The position numbers and the translations under genes were made by a program. A DNA stretch of 64,000 nt from positions 608,001 to 672,000 of the forward strand of contig CAWKKR010000007.1 of assembly GCA_963850305.1 (NCBI GenBank), in the 5' to 3' direction. This DNA is from an uncultured delta proteobacterium. Its GTDB lineage: Bacteria; Myxococcota_A; Polyangia; Polyangiales; Polyangiaceae. Within the stretch, counting starts at the first letter, position 1, and every line of letters starts with the position of its first letter. Below are positions 61,256 to 64,000 of the stretch, one piece after another. Below the pieces are notes generated by a model that searched no databases, was not told the origin of the DNA, and was given only the letters and a program-made list of their open reading frames with translations.

Positions 61256-61755
61256 GGCCGCGGGATGGTAACGCGAGCCCTCACCGATATCAGCCGCGAT
61301 TCGCGCAGGAAGTCTCCCGCGAGAACACCACAGCACGCATGGAAAAGTGAAATCGGAACGCAGTTTTCCCCACACCTGGACGTGTGGATGGACCTCGCGT
61401 ACTTGCGCAACTGTACGAAGCCTGCGCGGCCCACGATGTACGCAAGCTCTGGCGACGCATCGCGCCTTCTCCGAGAAATTCGCGCGAATATCCAGCCAAT
61501 TCAGGCAAACCAGGGCTCGATCGAGCCGTGGCACGAGCGTTGCTCTACTGCTCCGCGTGCTCCGCACCTCCAATTCCGTCGCATCCCAAAACCGGATCGT
61601 CGGAAGCTGAACAGTCCAAGCCTCGGTGATCCCGACTCGGACACTTCAGCAGGAGGAGCAGGAACGACGATGGCAGCGCTGGAAGACGTCCTCCACATCA
61701 CGGGACGGCTTCCCAGGGAACGGCGAACGCGGCGACCCCGGTTCACGGTAACCCT

Positions 61756-63195
61756 TCAGGTGACGCCATCTGGCCGAGAAGGAGCGGTGCTGAGCGGGAG
61801 GGCGACGTCCTCGAGCGCGCGACCCTCCGCGGCCACCCCGAGCACGAGCGCAACGGCAGCTGCGCCGGTCATCAGCGCGGCGCCGATGGCGTACCCGATG
61901 AAGAGCTCGTTCCGGCTTCCGGTCTGGATGAGCGCGCCGAACAATGCCGGCGCGACTAGCCCCCCGACGCCGGTTCCGACGGCGTAGAAGAGAGCGATCG
62001 CGAGCGCGCGGATCTCGAGCGGGAAGATCTCGCTCACGGTGAGATAAGCCGAGCTCGCCGCCGCCGATGCGAAGAAGAACGCCACCGACCAGGCGAGCGT
62101 CTGGGTGAAAGCGTTCAGCGCTCCGACTCGAAAGAGCACTCCAGTCATCAAGAGTGCCGCGCCGCTCACGGCATAGGTGACGGCGATCATCGTCTTTCTT
62201 CCCACCGAGTCGAAGAGATGTCCGAGGACCAGTGGTCCGGTCAAGTTGCCGAGCGCAAAGGGCAGCAGATACTGCCAGACCTGCTCCGGCGAGACGCCGT
62301 AGAAGTGGGTGAGCGTCAGCGAGTACGTGAAGAAGATCGAGTTGTAGAAGAACGCCTGCGCGGTCATGAGCGACACTCCGAGGAGCGCGCGGCTTCGGTA
62401 GGTCGAGAACATGACGCTCGCGATTCGCCGAAAGCCAATCCGGGTCCCCACGACGAGGCGGATGCGAGTGAGCTGGCCCGGCGAGTCCGCCCTCGCGCAC
62501 CGAGCCTCGATGCCCTGCACGATCGCGTCGGCTTCGGCCTGCCGCCCGTGCACCATGAGCCACCGGGGAGATTCCGGCACGAATCGTCGCAACAGGACCA
62601 CCCCAAGCGCGAGGATACCCCCGAGCGCGAACGTGGCACGCCAGCCGAGGTCGTGGCTCAAGACATGCGATTCGAGCAGAACCCCCGAAGCCGCGGCGCC
62701 GAAGGCGGTGCCGATCCAGTACCCGCCGTTGATGCCGAGGTCGACGGTTCCGCGCACCCTTGCCGGGATCAGCTCGTCGATCGCGGAGTTGATTGCAGCG
62801 TACTCGCCGCCGATGCCCATGCCCGTGAAGAATCGGCACACGATGAACGATGGGAAGCCGGTCGAAAGCGCCGTGGCGAACGTGGCCGCAACGTAGAGCC
62901 CGAGCGTCGTCAGAAACAGCTTCTTCCGCCCGTGACGATCCGCGAGGTGGCCGAACACGATCGCCCCGACGATCGCCCCCGCGATGTACGCGGTGCCCGC
63001 CCCGCCCACTTCGCCTGCGCTCAGGGCGAGTGTGTCCCGTTCTTCGAGCACGCTGCCGAGTGAGCCGACGATCGTCACTTCTAGGCCGTCGAGCATCCAC
63101 GTCACGCCGAGTGCGGCGATGACGAGTACGTGAAAGCGCCCCAGCGCCAGCCGGTCGAGGCGCGCAGGGACGTCGGTCTCCACGACGGAATTCAC
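61756..63195 (-). CDS. MFS transporter (sugar/aromatic acid type)
   Basis: ARLDRL, WMLDGLE, LADRHGRK, GGEYAAINSAIDELIPARVRG, VPESPRWL, SEIFPLEIR; GTG start after GGGAGAG. Confidence 0.92.
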   Translation of the reverse strand: MNSVVETDVPARLDRLALGRFHVLVIAALGVTWMLDGLEVTIVGSLGSVLEERDTLALSAGEVGGAGTAYIAGAIVGAIVFGHLADRHGRKKLFLTTLGLYVAATFATALSTGFPSFIVCRFFTGMGIGGEYAAINSAIDELIPARVRGTVDLGINGGYWIGTAFGAAASGVLLESHVLSHDLGWRATFALGGILALGVVLLRRFVPESPRWLMVHGRQAEADAIVQGIEARCARADSPGQLTRIRLVVGTRIGFRRIASVMFSTYRSRALLGVSLMTAQAFFYNSIFFTYSLTLTHFYGVSPEQVWQYLLPFALGNLTGPLVLGHLFDSVGRKTMIAVTYAVSGAALLMTGVLFRVGALNAFTQTLAWSVAFFFASAAASSAYLTVSEIFPLEIRALAIALFYAVGTGVGGLVAPALFGALIQTGSRNELFIGYAIGAALMTGAAAVALVLGVAAEGRALEDVALPLSTAPSRPDGVT

Positions 63196-63336
63196 TGCTC
63201 TCCCCCCTAACAAACGACGTTTGCCAACGATAGCGCCCATGCTCCCGTCCTCTCCGAATGTGCAGCCGGGCGCCAGAGTGTAGAATCCGGGGACTGCCGG
63301 GTGCGGGTCGGGGTGCCGCGCCGGGAGAGCTCGAAG

Positions 63337-64000
63337 ATGGCCAAGATCAAAATCACGATCTCGAAGCGGTGGGTCGCGCCAGGAGTCGCGGCGCTCTTCG
63401 CGGGCGCCTGTCTGCCCGCTCCAGCTCAACAGGACGTGTCGCCTGGGTCGGGTGGAACGGACGCCGGCCTTGGTGCGCGCGCGGGTGGTTCTCCCGGAAG
63501 CGGCGGCACGGCGAGCGGCGGCAGCAGCGCCGACGGTGGCACGAACGCCGGTGGTGCCACGAACGACGGCGGCACGAACGTCGGCGGTGGCACGAACGGC
63601 GGTGGTGCCACGAACGTCGGCGGTGGCACGGACGCCGGTGGTGCCACGAACGTCGGCGGTGGCACGAACGCCGGCGGTGGCACGAACGCCGGTGGTGCCA
63701 CGAACGACGGCGCCACGAACGACGGCGCCACGAATGCCGGCGGCACGAATGCCGGCGAAGGCGGGGCTGATGCTTCCGTGTCGTCCAGCAGTGGTGGCGG
63801 CTCGTCGAGCGGCGGCGCTGCGTCGTTGCCCGACGCATCCGTGAACGTGCCGGACGGCTCCTCCGACGCGGGCGTCGGCCCCTGCGGTATCTGCGCTTCG
63901 GGGCTGTGCCTCGACGGCGGCGTCTGTGCCGCATGCGCCGGTGATTCCCAGTGCGCGGGTGGCCGCTGCAATCCCGCCACCCACTCCTGCGTTTCCTGCT
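63337..64000 (+). CDS. Lipoprotein with a Gly/Thr/Asn repeat linker and a Cys-rich domain; runs off the right edge
   Basis: Read manually: MAKIKITISKRWVAPGVAALFAGAC, then (GG[A/G]TN[A/V/D])n, then CGICASGLC..CAACAGDSQC..CNPATHSC. Confidence 0.75.
   Translation, partial: MAKIKITISKRWVAPGVAALFAGACLPAPAQQDVSPGSGGTDAGLGARAGGSPGSGGTASGGSSADGGTNAGGATNDGGTNVGGGTNGGGATNVGGGTDAGGATNVGGGTNAGGGTNAGGATNDGATNDGATNAGGTNAGEGGADASVSSSSGGGSSSGGAASLPDASVNVPDGSSDAGVGPCGICASGLCLDGGVCAACAGDSQCAGGRCNPATHSCVSC
63535..63756 (+). repeat. Coding tandem repeat (15-18 nt units, GGTGGCACGAACGCC-like)
   Basis: About a dozen imperfect GGxTN units within the lipoprotein linker. Confidence 0.8.

Noticed and set aside
63535..63756. 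Possible CRISPR array or non-coding repeat
   Set aside because: Units are multiples of 3 with no unique spacers and encode a GGxTN linker; there are no cas genes.
61756..63984. 742-aa MFS protein with a long repetitive N-terminus
   Set aside because: The extension is the antisense of the + strand lipoprotein. The MFS most likely starts at GTG 63195 after a good RBS.

Overview
GC-rich, gene-dense bacterial DNA with the hallmarks of a myxobacterium (Polyangiales/Sorangium-like, inferred from Cys-rich lipoproteins, several Hanks-type Ser/Thr kinases, an ECF/anti-sigma cassette and RRM proteins). I can support about 45 CDS. I saw no rRNA, tRNA, CRISPR array or transposase. Two loci stand out. 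(1) At 3.9-6.5 kb, a compact cassette: GNAT acyltransferase, a 10-codon ORF (MKKKFAHTCI, with its own RBS and a GTGA overlap), a heme-oxygenase-like diiron enzyme and a stand-alone YcaO. It lies between a divergent NarL/LuxR regulator and a giant Ser/Thr kinase-AAA-GAF-His kinase-receiver sensor, and is a candidate minimal-precursor RiPP or peptide-signal system. (2) At 57.9-58.5 kb, a stand-alone lipoprotein closely resembling the animal Hedgehog N-terminal signalling domain, with the Zn site intact. Genes between about 4.8 and 9.1 kb carry many apparent single-base frameshifts (likely read or assembly indels), so those proteins were stitched together by eye. All family calls are motif recognition from memory; no database searches were run.
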